A stretch of 64,000 bases of DNA from Paramecium tetraurelia. Taxonomy: Eukaryota. How positions within the stretch are numbered: the stretch's first letter is position 1; the number at the start of each line of letters is the position of its first letter. The DNA lies in NCBI GenBank assembly GCA_000165425.1, contig CT868652.1:1-64000 (forward strand), given 5' to 3'. The position numbers were made by a program, and so were the translations under genes. This document shows, piece by piece, positions 27,032-40,484 of this stretch. The notes below the pieces were generated by a model. The model did no database searches. It saw only the letters and a program-made list of their open reading frames with translations, and was not told the DNA's origin.

Positions 27032-28705
27032 TCATTCATGGTGGTCTATACTTTATCTCTTCTTCCCGACTTCTTCACTTAAACTTGTTTAAAATTCTTA
27101 GAATGTGATTTCGCCATCACCGTTAGCATCAAAAAATTCAAAGCAGGCTTGTATTTCTTCCTAAGAAATATTTGGTTCAATTCTCTTTAACAATTGTCCC
27201 ATTTCGCTTTTATCTAATCTTTAATCAGCTGATTTGTCAAACTAAATCAATCAAATAAATTTTCACTTTTTTAAATAAATCCAACAAATTGATTTTATAT
27301 TTTTAGATTGATAGTTTTAATTTCTCTATAACATAATTAGCTCTCTCTTCAATGGAACTCTGAGACTTTAATTAATGTGGCAGAATAGACAGTTTTTTAT
27401 GTGATCCACCTCCTCTTTATTATTATTATGGATTAGCATTAGTAACAATCTATTCATTAATAGTATCAATTAATTACTTGATTGTCTTCCAACCACTTTT
27501 TAAATTCCTCAAATTCAATCTAATTATTCCCATCGTCATCAAATTTATTAAATATATATTCAATTTCTTCTCTTGTTATATCTTTATCTACTTTCTATAG
27601 AAATTTCCCCAATTCATTGACATCTAAAGCCTTATCTTTTGACATGTCTAAATCTGCAAACAATTTATGAATGTCAATTTTCTCTTTGCATATCATCTGT
27701 CTGATATCATTAATTAAATATTGAGCCTTGTCTTCCAACTTATTATTTCCCTTGATAAAATCCTAAAAAGAGGAAAGGTCATTAATTACAGAAAAATATT
27801 GACTAATGGCTGGATGTTTGTATATTTCTTCCCAAGATAATCTTTTATTTTCGTCAGCCTGGAGACAACCAATGATCAAATCTTGGGTTTCTTATGAGAC
27901 TTAATTTTTATCGGTTGGAAATTTCAATGGTTAGGTCCTAATATTTTTGAGCAATTCTGCTGGAGATCTGGCTGTCCATGGAGCTATGAGAAAAATTAAA
28001 ATTTAGTATTACTTTTGCCAAATAATGCCTCGTAGAAAATAAAACCTATACTCCATACATCAGTTTTTGAATTGTATCTCTTGTGATCCAAGATCTGAGG
28101 ACTCATGTATAATGGAGTACCAACCATTGAAGCCATCATTGTTTTTTTAAAATTATCAACACATTTTGCAAATCCAAAATCTGCTAGTTTGTAAGTCTTC
28201 GATAATTATTGAGCATACCTGTTTGTCTATCAAAATATTCGCTGGTTTGAGATCTCTATGAATTATACCATTTTTTATAAGTTGAGTAAATCCATTAAGT
28301 ACATCAACTAGGAATTTGATCGCTTCTTTTTCTGGGAGTAACTTTCTTTTTTTGAGAAGTCTAAAATTACGATAGTATAATTTACTCATCGAAATCTCCT
28401 CCATCACAGTATTCTTAAACAATATAATAATTATTGTTGGTTTCCATGACATCTAACAACTAGACGATATTGGGACTTTTTAATTTCTGCATAATTTTAA
28501 TTTCTTAAATCAATCCCTCCCTGAGATAATCATCTCTAAATTGATAAATCATAAATTACGCATTGATTACAGATTTGCTTAACATTTTGATAGCTACTTT
28601 TTCTCCAGTTTTTTCATTTGTTCCTTTAAAAACTTCAGCATAAGATCCCTATCCAATTCTATCTTTCACATTAAAAATATATTTGTCTATTCTTTTATCT
28701 GTCAT
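27032..28705 (-). CDS. Ser/Thr kinase (ULK-like ciliate type) with four C-terminal EF-hands
   Basis: IGQGSYAEV, VAIK, HRDLKPANILI, ADFG, VGTPLYMSPQ; EF loops DMSKDKALDVNE, DDDGNNQIEFEE, DKSADQRLDKSE, DANGDGEITFQE. Confidence 0.9.
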
Positions 28706-29354
28706 CAAAATTAAATAATTTTTTTGATTAAAAATAAATATAATTACAGCCTGTTAATTGTAATGCAATAATGTACAAAAATATATCACCTAGAACCTCT
28801 AACCTTCTTGGCTGTGTGACTTACAAATGGTATAGCGGGAGATTTATGGAAACAAGCAGCTCCTCCAAAGTGTTTTAATTTTTCTCTAACTCTTGGACAT
28901 CTTTATAAAATAGTTCCTGTTCTTGAAAATTATCACAAGTCCCTATTGTTGGAATATTCATATACAATACCATTTTCCCAAAGAAGTAATATATTTTTAT
29001 TTAATTTATGGTACTAGAATATTATCTCAATCTAAACATTTATTACCATTAATTTGATATACTCCAAATTATTAATAGAGTTCTCAGTATCTAATATAAG
29101 AATTTATAATTGAAAACTCATTATTTTAGGTTGTACTTAATTTCTAGTCATAAAAGTCAAGAAGCTATACAGTGTATAATTTCTTGTGTTTTAGCATCAA
29201 TTTGAATAAGGTTAAATTAGTAAGGATAGGAATCTTAGATATAAGTTAAGAACATTGAAATAGTTAGATCTCAATTGATCAATTGATTCTGCCAATAAAT
29301 TTGAAAATGTTTTGATGAAATAATTATTTATTTTATAAAATTAATTCGTTTTAA

Positions 29355-29865
29355 ATGATTTTAGTACTATTGGTTAATCTAATTTTGGCAACAGGTAAAC
29401 TAAAAAAACATCATTTAAATCATTAAGTGATGTTTAAGAGAGAATCAAATGTTGTTATATTGGATGCTGACAATTTTGATGCTGCTTTAATGAGATTTGA
29501 AGTTTTATTAGTAGATTTCTATGCACCTTGGTGTCCACATTGGTAATGAAACTTTTATAAGTAGTTAAAATTTAATGCCAGAATTTGAAAAAGCAGCTAC
29601 TTAATTCAAAGAATAATAAAGCATAATCACATTAGGCAAGGTGGATTGCACTCACGAATCAGTTCTTTGTGATGAATTCAAGGTTAGGGGTTATCCAACC
29701 CTTAGAATTTTCTATCATGATAGAATATATCATTATCATGGAGACAGAAATGCAGAGGGAATTATCGATTTTATGGAAATGCATTTAGAATAAGAAATTG
29801 AAAAAGAATAAGAACATGAACGAAAAAATTCACAAAAGCACAAATAAGATTAGAACTACCCTTGA
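29355..29865 (+). CDS. Single-domain thioredoxin/PDI-like protein with signal peptide
   Basis: Hydrophobic N-terminus MILVLLVNLILA; VDFYAPWCPHC (second Cys split by a 22-nt intron); GKVDCT; VRGYPTL. Confidence 0.88.
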
Positions 29866-29913
29866 ACCATTATTATTATAGCAAAAACAAAGTTAAAACA
29901 TAATCTAACAAAA

Positions 29914-31427
29914 TCATGGTGTATGTTCTTCAAAGTTTTGTAATTCTTATTCAATCTATGCTTGATCTTCATCACCCACTGCATTTCCAATTAAATCTGT
30001 GTCATCTTGTAGCATTTAATCCTCCTACACATTTCCTTTATTTGTGGATGAGATTATCTAAGTTATATACAAATGTGATTATACATTCCAATCTTTCGAA
30101 ACTTAAAAACTAACTACACTTCTTCCCACTTAGATGGCCATATTATTGTTACTGTCAACAGACATCTAAGCAGGATTCTTCAATAAGACTAAAGTTCCAA
30201 ATTTCGATTATTAATCTTCAATCACAAATCCAGCTAGAATTACTAACAGAGCATTTACAATTAATAAATTTGATCAAAGCATGACATCTAGATACTGAAA
30301 TATCTGTAATCCTTACATCCGAATCATGACCTCTGCCCAATTTGATTTGTTATTTTTATGCAAAACTGATTATGTGAGTTCCCTTACTCTTATTGCGTTC
30401 TCGACTTAAGATTTCCAAAGTTATGTATGGTGCATCTGGCTTAGGTATAATAATCGTCTCAAAAATTCGGTCCTGATATCTAATTCTACCTAGAAATCTA
30501 ATATTTCAGATAATTACTCGGAATAATTGCCTTGCAAACTTCGCAATCAAATTATCTCCATTGGAATGAAACTGAAAACTTGGTTGTTTTAGGTGATAAC
30601 TTACTAACTAACCAAGTTTATAGACATTATATATGTATGTATTTGACAGAACCTTAACATTTGCAGCAATCAATCAAGGGATTGTCTTTATTTGTTTGAG
30701 AATCGTTATAGCATATTCGACAGCAAGGCTCTTCTGATTAACTTCTTTTATCGTCTTCCTATGTATTGATATTCATTGTATTTAAGCATTTCTCAGATAC
30801 ATATTTTTACAATTCTGGTTCCATGTTACCTTTGTTTGTATTGTTATTATCAACTGAACATTTGATTTCTCTAATTCTAAATCTCACTCTCCCCAATTTT
30901 ACGTAATCTCCTTCCCTTAAATCATATCCCTTTATTGCTCATTATTATTTCATACTTATCCATCAGATAATTGACTTTTGGTTGATTTTACAACTATCCA
31001 TGGGCAGTTGTCATTCAATCCTTCTTAATCTTCTGCCTTTGAGACCCTTAAACTAGATTCAACCTGATATTTAGAAAATTAACGAGTCAATTTAAGTAAT
31101 TCTATGACATCTGGCTAATTTTAGAATTACTATAACAATAAATGTAATTGCTACTTATAATTCCTCTTTCGTTTAGATTATTTTAATATTTTCTTTTTAA
31201 CGAATTAATCTCACTAATTTAGTTGCGTATATTACTTAATTGGGTGTTTGCTTTTATCTGTCCTTTTATAACATTCTTGTTTTCATAATCAAATAGACCA
31301 TGAGAATCACGATTCCAAGTGAAATGTTTTATTGTTCTTTTTTTATCTATAAACATTCTTACAATGAAACAGGTGAAACTTTGTTTGCATTACGGATATC
31401 ATCTTAACTAGAAACACAATTCCCCAT
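29914..31427 (-). CDS. RINGv (C4HC3) plus FHA domain putative E3 ligase
   Basis: Starts MGNC; TWNRDSHGLFDYE; CRICY..NPLIDCCKCQGSVKYIHIQCLQTW; FHA motif LGRGHDSDVRITDISVSRCHA..SKFGTL. Confidence 0.88.
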
Positions 31428-31538
31428 TTATTAATTTTATATATTTATATACTTGCAATAAATTTATATATTTACTCTTCCTCATACATTTATGATTATA
31501 TTACTGAAATCGAATTAAATTTATGTAAATAATGACAT

Positions 31539-33095
31539 TCACCCTAACAAACCCTCCTCCCTTATTTTGGTTAATGAGAAATATATATTGATTGCTGATT
31601 AAGTTCTATCTTTTGTTTCCCGAACAAACTTCAATATGAAAAACACACCCAAAATACAGCACCCAGTAAAAACGCCAAAAACAATAGCCAGTCTCTCCTT
31701 GTTGTGTTCAATATCCAAAATAACGAACGCAAATGCTATGAATGTGCAGCTTATCCAGTTACAAAGCACTGCTAAAGACATCCCTTTTTCAGACAAGATA
31801 TCAGCATCGTAAATCTAAAATTATAAATTTTAAGAATACCCATGCCACAGGTCCTAGAGATAATTGGAAGGCCCCAAGATATCCAAATATTGCAAACACA
31901 ATCAAGATTTCAATTGTGGTGTTTGGGTCTTCGGAAAATGAGAAACCAAAGGCAATCGATAGGAAAAAGGTACAAACTATAGTTCCATATAACAAAAGAG
32001 TCCTCCTTCCAAACTTCTATAATAAGCTAATAGCCAAAAAACTAAATATGATATTGATTAACCCAACTGCCACATTAGCCCAATTAATTTTTGTCTCATT
32101 ATTATTGAGAATCTAATATATTCCTGCATTAAATAATTACGGATGAAAATATGGTTTTAGAAAAAAACATAATCGCATTTATTCCTGAAAATTGCTACAA
32201 AACTTAGAGTCCACAGCCAATTAATAAACGCTTTCTTTAACTATAATTCATAATCAGATCCCTATAGGTTTCTTTCTAAAGTTTCTTCTATTCAATAACT
32301 GACTTGATCTTCTCTAAGACAAAATCAACTTTTTCTCTTAAATAATATCTCTCCACAATTTATTTTGCCTACTTAACAACTCAAATACCTCTATGAGTTG
32401 ATTTTTTTGGACATAGTAAGATGGTGGCTCATTTTTAAATACAAAAATCAATAATAAAGTCCTAAGTAAACAAAATATAAGCGGCAATTCCAAAAACAAT
32501 CTAAAAACATTATCATTTTATGATTCTTCTTCAATGTCACTGGTTTTGTAAAAACTAAAATTCAAAATGAAGAATACAAAGCTGAAATAAGTCCTATCAA
32601 CACTCCTATGTTAATTGTAAGTTAATTCATTGCTCCTAGTGATCCAGATAATCTATTAGGTGAAAACTCTTTAATATATAATGGAATTAGTGAAGAATTT
32701 AGTCCTACGCAAAAACCAATAAAAATTCGAGCAAGGTAAAACCAATAAATATTGGGTATTATTTCAAGTACTACGCCAATTATTCCAATGAAATCAGTAA
32801 TCATAAAAGATTTTCTTATACTAAATTATTGTAGCAAGTTCCCTGAAAGAATTGCTCCTGCTCCTGCGGATAAAGTGAAAATAGCTAGTTACTATATTTA
32901 AATTGCGATACCTCCAACCAGAGCTTTGAGTAGGTTTTGAGTAGAGACATCATATTCATAAATTAGATAATAAATGGGGTAAAAATTTGAGGCTGAATTT
33001 AGATAGGAAATAGAATATCCAAAAAATAGAGAACCCAGAACTGCATTGACGACTAGCAACACAAATGGCAAGGCTGATTTGTATGGAATATCCAT
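31539..33095 (-). CDS. MFS sugar porter
   Basis: VLGSLFFGYSI, ARIFIGFCVG..PLYIKEFSP, QQFSGINAI, FGRRTLL, LSLGPVAW, VRETKDRT. Confidence 0.9.
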
Positions 33096-33121
33096 AATTA
33101 AAAAAATAATAATATTAAAAA

Positions 33122-36019
33122 TCAAGATGGTAATATTTTTTACTGTTATTCCTCCATCAATTGCATCATTTAAGTATAGGTAGTTGTTTTGGTATATGGT
33201 TTATCATTAAAAAACTACTTCAGTCTCTCGTTCTGAATGAAAGTCTAATCTTTAAATAAGATTATGAAATCTAATTTCTCGTCGTTAATGCTGCTAACAA
33301 ATGAACCTCCTCTTGCTACTACTCTAGCTTTAAAAGTTTCCAATTCTATATCAGATATTTAGTGACTTAAACAATAAGGGTAGAAATTCTTATGCTAAAA
33401 TATCCACAATTTTTGTAACTAGTATAACAACTCATCCTCTAAAGATAGTAAATCATCTTGATTAATAGGTTCATTAATTTTCATATTATCGCATATATCT
33501 TTGAGAGCAAATTCATCAATCAATTCGAAATAGGAATCACCAAATTTATCGTAGAATTTATTCACTTCATTCATGATAGCCAAAGGGGCAAATAAAATAA
33601 ATCTTGGTGCAATATTAACTAATTGCGACCTTCTAATGCATTCAATAACCCATTGAGGTCTAATTATGGTAGTTGGAAACTTCTCAATGATCGAATTCAC
33701 TCTAAAGTCGATAATTGAAGCCACTACATGAGTGACACTTTCTACGATATAATTTTATATGCAAGTTCCTCCTTAGGCTAGAATTATAGATTCAAAATAT
33801 CATTTATTATAATCTTCTTCTAAGTTAACAATATAAAATTCGCATCCTACAAACAGGTTGGATTCTTTAGTGATGTTTCTTGGATCTAACCCTTAATATT
33901 CAGTCATTATGGTAATCTATTTAGAATGGGCTCCACCTTTTCTTAAGGGTTATTTTCTTTCTTTAGCCTACCTCATAGGTCTGTCTTCATTTTCAACCTC
34001 ATCATCTGTTTATTTATCGTTTCCTTCTTTATCATTCTTCTTTTTGAGATTCTTTGTGTATTATGAGTCATTGATCATACTTGATAAATCTTGTGTGGTC
34101 ATCATTTCATACCAATCTTTGTCCATTCTAGTCTTGTAACATCTTGGAAATCTAAGAGTGTAATCGGTTGGGAAAGTATTCGACTTTGTGATTTCTGCAG
34201 CTTTAACTTCAAATATAATTGAATGAGCTGGATTATTAATATATACATCTGGTCTATCATTAACTCCAGGATTCCAATTCTAAGGTATATAATTAGGTTT
34301 CTGCTTCTTGATCCAATGATTTCTTAATTTATTTCTGATTGTTGATAATTCATTATCAGTGAAACCAGTTCCAACTTTTACAAATGGTAATATTACACTA
34401 TTAGTTGGTTAATTTTTATCTATTTTTTAAGCTAATCCCATTAAAAAATGTGTAATTCTATCAAATTCATCAAAAGTCTCTACTCTATGTGATTATGTTC
34501 CGAAATAACCGCCAATAACCAATAAATCACAATTATCCGTCATATTTTCAACGTAATCTCCCTTCATCTTAACCCATTTAGTGGATCTTTCATTAGGTAA
34601 ATACTAAGAGTCCATCTATTTAATTATGATGCCTTCTTAATTTCTTTCAATAGCCATATCAAACTGTTAAATAAGTTCTTCGAATGATTTAATAGTTGCA
34701 GCTTAAACTACTTCTAATTAGTTTGGAATAGGTACTATAATCCTCTATAATAGACTTCTACGAGTAGATAATGGAGCACTCATAGTGTTGACTTCTTATC
34801 CTTAGTATGTTTTGAGATAAAGAATATCAAAAATCTTATAGCAAAGACCAAAGGCATCATCATTTACATCTTTACTTAGAGCAACAGTTTTATTCAAACC
34901 AAATCTAACATTATCTCCGGTTTCTTTATTCACAACTATGATTTCTCCATCTAAAATTGCACATTATGCTTAAACACTCTATCTAACAATATCTCCTAAT
35001 TTATCCTTGTATAAATAGGTGTAATCGTTGGAATTTCTTGTAAAAAATCTGATGACTTCAGGAGTGAAATGACATTATATTCTTTCTCCATCAAATTTAG
35101 TTTCAACCAATAATTCTTTTCCTTCAATTAATTTTCTTATTTCTTCTGGGGATTTCTTAGCAGCTAACATTGGTTTGATTGCATGGAATATTCTTAATAC
35201 ATTCTTAAGAGTATGATTTATATCAACAAATTCTTTGCATACTTCCTTAAGTGATGATGTTGCATTATAATATTCAGGAGCATCTTTATGAAACAATTAT
35301 AATAGCTTCTCATATTTCAAACCAATTTTTAAGTCTTTCAATATAATTCTTATTATCCAGAGAATCTCATCAGCCGTACACACTTTTATTAAATCAACTA
35401 TCACTAATTCTTATTCTTTTGTATCTTAAGCCTTAACTAAATTGTCTAATAATTGGTCCACTTCTGAAATTGTTATAATGCTGTCCTTTCTGCAATAATC
35501 CTTAATTACATTATGCACAACCATGGGAAAATCACCGACTGGAGCCCCATAGGGTTACATACTTGCTTATTTATAATTGGCCATCCTGTGATAATCATCG
35601 TCTGACAATCCTAAAGCTAATCTAAATAGTTTAGCCAGGTTTTTTTCTTATAATTTATATACTCCTCTATCCCTGTCTTAGAATGGAATGATTAATCTCA
35701 TTATTATGTATGTGTGATCAGGTATTCTAGGAGGTTTGAAAAAGAATTAAGTCAAAACATCTAAAAGCTCACTCTTCTTTTTTCCTCTCACTTTACTCAT
35801 TCTATCGAAGAAGCATCTCAACACATCAAATTTCACTCTAATTGGACCTACTGTTGAACTTACATTCACTTTTTATTAATCCTATTATTCTTTGTTTAAT
35901 TTGTTGGTTTCTTCTACTTTCTCCTTTATTTCCCTTGCGAATTCATGAACTTCCTTCTATTCTCTTATTTCTTCATCCTCATCCTAAATCTCTTCATCTA
36001 AATAATTGTCCTACAACAT
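33122..36019 (-). CDS. LIG4: DNA ligase IV (NHEJ)
   Basis: Span of 966 codons, consistent with no introns. DNA-binding domain IIRIILKDLKIG; adenylation motif ETKFDGERIQCH; ILDGEI; QEGIIIK; WVKMKGDY; KVGTGF; TLRFPR; C-terminal BRCT (IIRPQWVIECI). Confidence 0.95.
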
Positions 36020-36146
36020 AATCAGAAATTGATAAGAATAATAATATTTTTATATTGAAATTGGGTAATTAGAGTGTTTAATAATGTAGTCAAAAGTAGA
36101 TTCTTATAAAATTTAATAAATTTTATTTTCATTTTATTTTTCTATC

Positions 36147-37605
36147 ATGAATTTTTGTGAATTCATATAAATCACTGTAGAGGGTGAAGATAAATTAGAG
36201 GAAATTCGAATTGCATTAGCAAGATTAGAAATGTTTGAACTTAACACAGGTATCTATTCTCATCGTTATAGTGAGTGTACAATAGACTAGATTAGCCAAG
36301 ATAGAATGCAATGAAAGAAGAATAAATTCTAGAATTTCTGGATGATAACAATCTTCAAGTTACCTAGGAAGAATCAAATTACATATTTAGAGTGTTGGAT
36401 GTTGATAGGGACAACTTGATAACATTGGCAGAGTATCTTTATATACAATATTTCAAAGTTTCCAATCAGTAATCTTACCTAAAACTAATGACTAAGTAAA
36501 AGACTAAGCTCTTAATCACAAATCCTATGAAATGCCTCAAAGCATGCTACTACCAAAAGAAGTTGAAGCTACATTAACAGCATTCTTCGAACAATTAAAA
36601 ACAAATTATAAGTAAAAAGTGTGCTCAATTTAGTCAATACGCTAATATTTAAGAACCAATCAACCTTAACGAATTAGCAATATTTGAGAGTGAAAATCTG
36701 ATAACATTGGATTCCCTTAAAAATTGGTTATAAAGTATAGGATAGGAGATTGAGGATCAAATTCTAGAAAAGTTCCTTATCATTATAGATGGTGATCCAA
36801 ACAACTTACAAAATCTAATTGAATAGATCTTTTATTAAATTGAATAGCAAGAAGATTAGCAAAACGAAGCTCCACAATAAAATTAAGAATAAGAATAACC
36901 TAAATAAAATTAAATTGAAGTTCAAGATATTAATTACTCTCAACCAGATTTATAGAAGAGTGATGCGCTTTAAGAATCATTTAATCCTAATTAAACATAA
37001 AAATAGCACCAAAATTAAGAATAAAGTGAATAAAAGAAAGATGAACAATAAGATCAAATTGCCCAATCAAAATTTTTGCAAGAAAGTTAACCGTATTATT
37101 CTGAAAGTCCTTTATTAAATTATTATCATTTGCAAATTAGGGATGAAGAAGATAAAATTAAAAAGCTATGTGATGAATTAAATATTACGAATACTTACAC
37201 CTAAAAACGAGAAGAATCCGCATTGATCAAATATTACGAAAAGGAAATAGCTAGAGAATAGGAAATCTATAATAGACTACTTTAAGAATCAAGACAAACT
37301 GGAGCCCCTTCAAAAATTTCAAAATCTACTTTCACCCCAGATCCGTTATATCTGGATGACTATCAAAGAGAAATCAATCGAATAGATAATGAAATAAGAA
37401 AAGAAACAACCAATATCAGTTTCCTCTCATCCAAGTTTGATAATAGCATTGGATTATCAACTAGTTATTTAAAGTAATAATAGAATTTACATTTAAGGTA
37501 TGAAAGTCCCCGTAAACATTAAGAATCTTATCTTTATGACAATTTTTCAGGATAAAAGGTATAACTTATATATATATTATTTAGAAACAATTTGGATATT
37601 AATGA
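36147..37605 (+). CDS. EF-hand protein with Gln/Glu-rich coiled-coil C-terminus
   Basis: ILEFLDDN..IFRVLDVDRDNLITLAEFQSVILPK; four tiny introns inferred. Confidence 0.75.
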
Positions 37606-37656
37606 TTTATCATATAATTATTATCAATAATTTATAATATAATTCTCAAATTTAAA

Positions 37657-39239
37657 TCAATATAATGATTAATTATATTTTTGATAATCATATTTATTTT
37701 ATTATTGAGCCCTACCATTATTATTGTTAGAATTATTATTTTTTTTTTTATTTACATTGTTTTGTAAGTTGTTCATTTGTTGATTTTGATATTGCTATTA
37801 TTAATTATTATTAACTTAATATTAATAGGCATTCATTTATTGATTTTGAAAGCTATTGATATTAAATGCATTCATTTATTGCAATTGCTATAGATTATTT
37901 AATTGAATATTATTAATATTATTTATATTAGTTTTTAGTGTTAGTGGATCCATAGCACCTTTCGGATCTAATAGTTTTTTTTCAATCTAATCTAAATTAA
38001 TTAAATATTATTCTAAAGTAATCCACTTTCCAGGGACTTCCCAAGAGATATTCAACTTGGCTTTGAAGTATTTGTGCTAAAACCATTGATCCATATTTTC
38101 AGTTGTAAATCCTCCTTATATCTAAAATGATAATTATTTTTACTTTTCCAAAATCGTCAAAATAATACCACAAAGATTCTTTTGCAGATCTTTAATGTAA
38201 TTAGGCTTATAGTGAAAACGGAGTAGTTTTAATTTTGTCCCTTGAAATTTTGACAGTAGGTTTTAAAGGTACTTGTTATTTTCTTTGAATATGAATTCCC
38301 ATTTCTTCCAATTATTCAAAAAAGTCATCAGTTTCATTGTTATTGAAATTACTGAAATAGTTCTCTGACTTTTGTTGAGGTTGTTCAACTTTGATGATAT
38401 CTTTTTATTTATTATTGGTAGAAGCTAATACTTATTTTTCAACTTCTTCTACTGATAGCACCTATGAATTAAATGAGGGATTGGCACTCTTGGGTTGTTC
38501 CAATTCAGAGTAGCTAAATAATTCTTATAATTTTGCTTTGGTTTCATTGGCGACTTACAATTGCTTTTCCTCTTGCTCTCTCAATTATCTATACTTTTCT
38601 TTGGCTTATTAAAGTTCTGATATTTCTTCTTAAATGTCTTCATTTTGCTTTTTGGATTTTTGCTCTTGCTTTTTCTCATATGTTCCATGCTATTTTTAAT
38701 ATTCTATTCTCCTTTTTTCCATTTCATTTTCGATATCTAAGATCTAGAAATTGTCATTAGATTGCATCCATTGTGGTTCATCTTCATCACTTTGGATGAA
38801 TAATGCTTAAGACGAAATTAAAGGTTTCTAAGAAATTTTAGAAAACAAATGGGGAATGTTTTCTATGAATTCTTCAAATTCTTTAGGAGGTTAAAGATTT
38901 TCTTGAAATGCAGAAATTAATGTCTAAGAATCATAAATTTTATTTAATGGTTGATTAATTTGAGCTCTTGCTTGATAAAATTACTTGAATAGGTACCTAT
39001 AACAGATTAAGATGAGGGATTCTGCCAATTCTATTGTTTTTCTTATGAATTGTTTCTTCTATTGTATTTATTTTATTTTTTTTGATTCTAACCATTTTTA
39101 TCATCAAAGTTGTTTTGATTGTTATTCATCTAATGATAAGATCATTCATAAATACTCTTCGATAAGATTGACCTTGCCCTTTTTGGTTTTGTGAATCTTT
39201 GCATATATAAGAGAGTTGCTATTGCTATTATTTTGACAT
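37657..39239 (-). CDS. GYF-domain (GIGYF-like) protein with Q/N-rich tail
   Basis: WYYFDDFGK|IQGGFTTENMDQWFQHKYFKAKLNI is a GYF-like pattern; upstream DEPQW motif; Q/N-rich C-terminus. Confidence 0.75.
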
Positions 39240-39290
39240 TAGTAAATAATTAGAAATTAATATTGTAAAAAGAAGCTTATTATTAATAAA

Positions 39291-40348
39291 TCATTTGGGA
39301 TGGAACGGGAACATTTTGGATAGATGTTGACTGTGAATTTAATGCAATCTGATTTGTAGATTATTTTTCGGTCTGCATCCCAATTTGAGGAGTACCTTCA
39401 ATTTAAAGATCTTTTCATTTTGATTTGATTCTTCTATTTTATCCTAAGAAGTTGGTTGAGTTCGTTTAGTTAGATTTCTTCCTGAGGCAAAATTACTGAT
39501 AAATGGTTTTAATGCTCTGATGTGATTGTTGACCGATTAATTAACATAATTGTCATCCTCCAAGATTTCGGTCTTGATAATCCTTCTTGGATTATTGATT
39601 ATTTATTTTTAGTAGTTAATCAACGATTATATTTTATCACAATACGAGATGTCATAACTGATAGATCTATTTTAAAATCTATTATTGTTGTTCACAACCT
39701 CATTGTTAACATTCGATTGAGATCTAATTTTCAGATTTTCGTTATTGGCATTTTAAAATGATCTAATTTCTCTGTGTTTTAAGGACTGAGTAATGTTTGA
39801 ATACAATTGATTAATTTATTGTTCTCGATTGATGTAAAGCCTATTCTTACTTAATTGTTATTGATATTGAAAGAGATTATCTACAGATACTTTGATGTAA
39901 TTATCTTATAAAATCTAAGTAATCTAATCTAGCTTTAGTGAATACAATGATCCCTCATATGACTGACAAGTCACTGAGTATTTGTAACATCCTTTTGGTT
40001 CCTCATCTTGATGTTCTATTCCAAAAGTTTCACCTTTTTCCAATAAACAAATCTCAAATTGTTTCCATCTCTTTTGATTATAAAACACAGAATTCTAGTA
40101 CAAGATCCTTTTACTCATCTCTATGTATTAATTTATTGGTTTACTTTAAACTCTCCAGATTTCACAATATATACATTGGCCATCAACTCATTTTCAATGT
40201 AAACACTTTAATTTTTGATAAAGGATTAGATATAGACACAATCGATTAAGGCTTTAATAATGTAATTGTTTAGTCTGCTAAAGGCAGGATGATTACGAAA
40301 AGAATTGTATTTTTCTTAATACTCTTATTTTTGCTTATTAAATTGCAT
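39291..40348 (-). CDS. Cyclic-nucleotide-binding domain protein
   Basis: HPAFSRL..FIKNQSVYIENELMANVYIVKSGEFKV..GETFGIE..YKYSVTC. Confidence 0.7.
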
Positions 40349-40484
40349 TTATTAATTGTTAATTATTATATAATAATATATATTTTGTTTATTTCAGAGT
40401 GAAATTTGGTAAATTGTTACTTGGGTATTCATAAATCTTTTATATTTTGCGCAAAAAATAATAATTTCTCAATAATAAAGGATT

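Noticed and set aside
28750..29300. Coding-like frames between the kinase and the thioredoxin
   Set aside because: The plus frame has an in-frame TGA and the minus frame runs into the kinase gene; no consistent model.
37700..37930. TTA/TTG-rich repeats as satellite or CRISPR-like array
   Set aside because: They encode the Q/N-rich tail of the GYF protein; there is no repeat-spacer structure.
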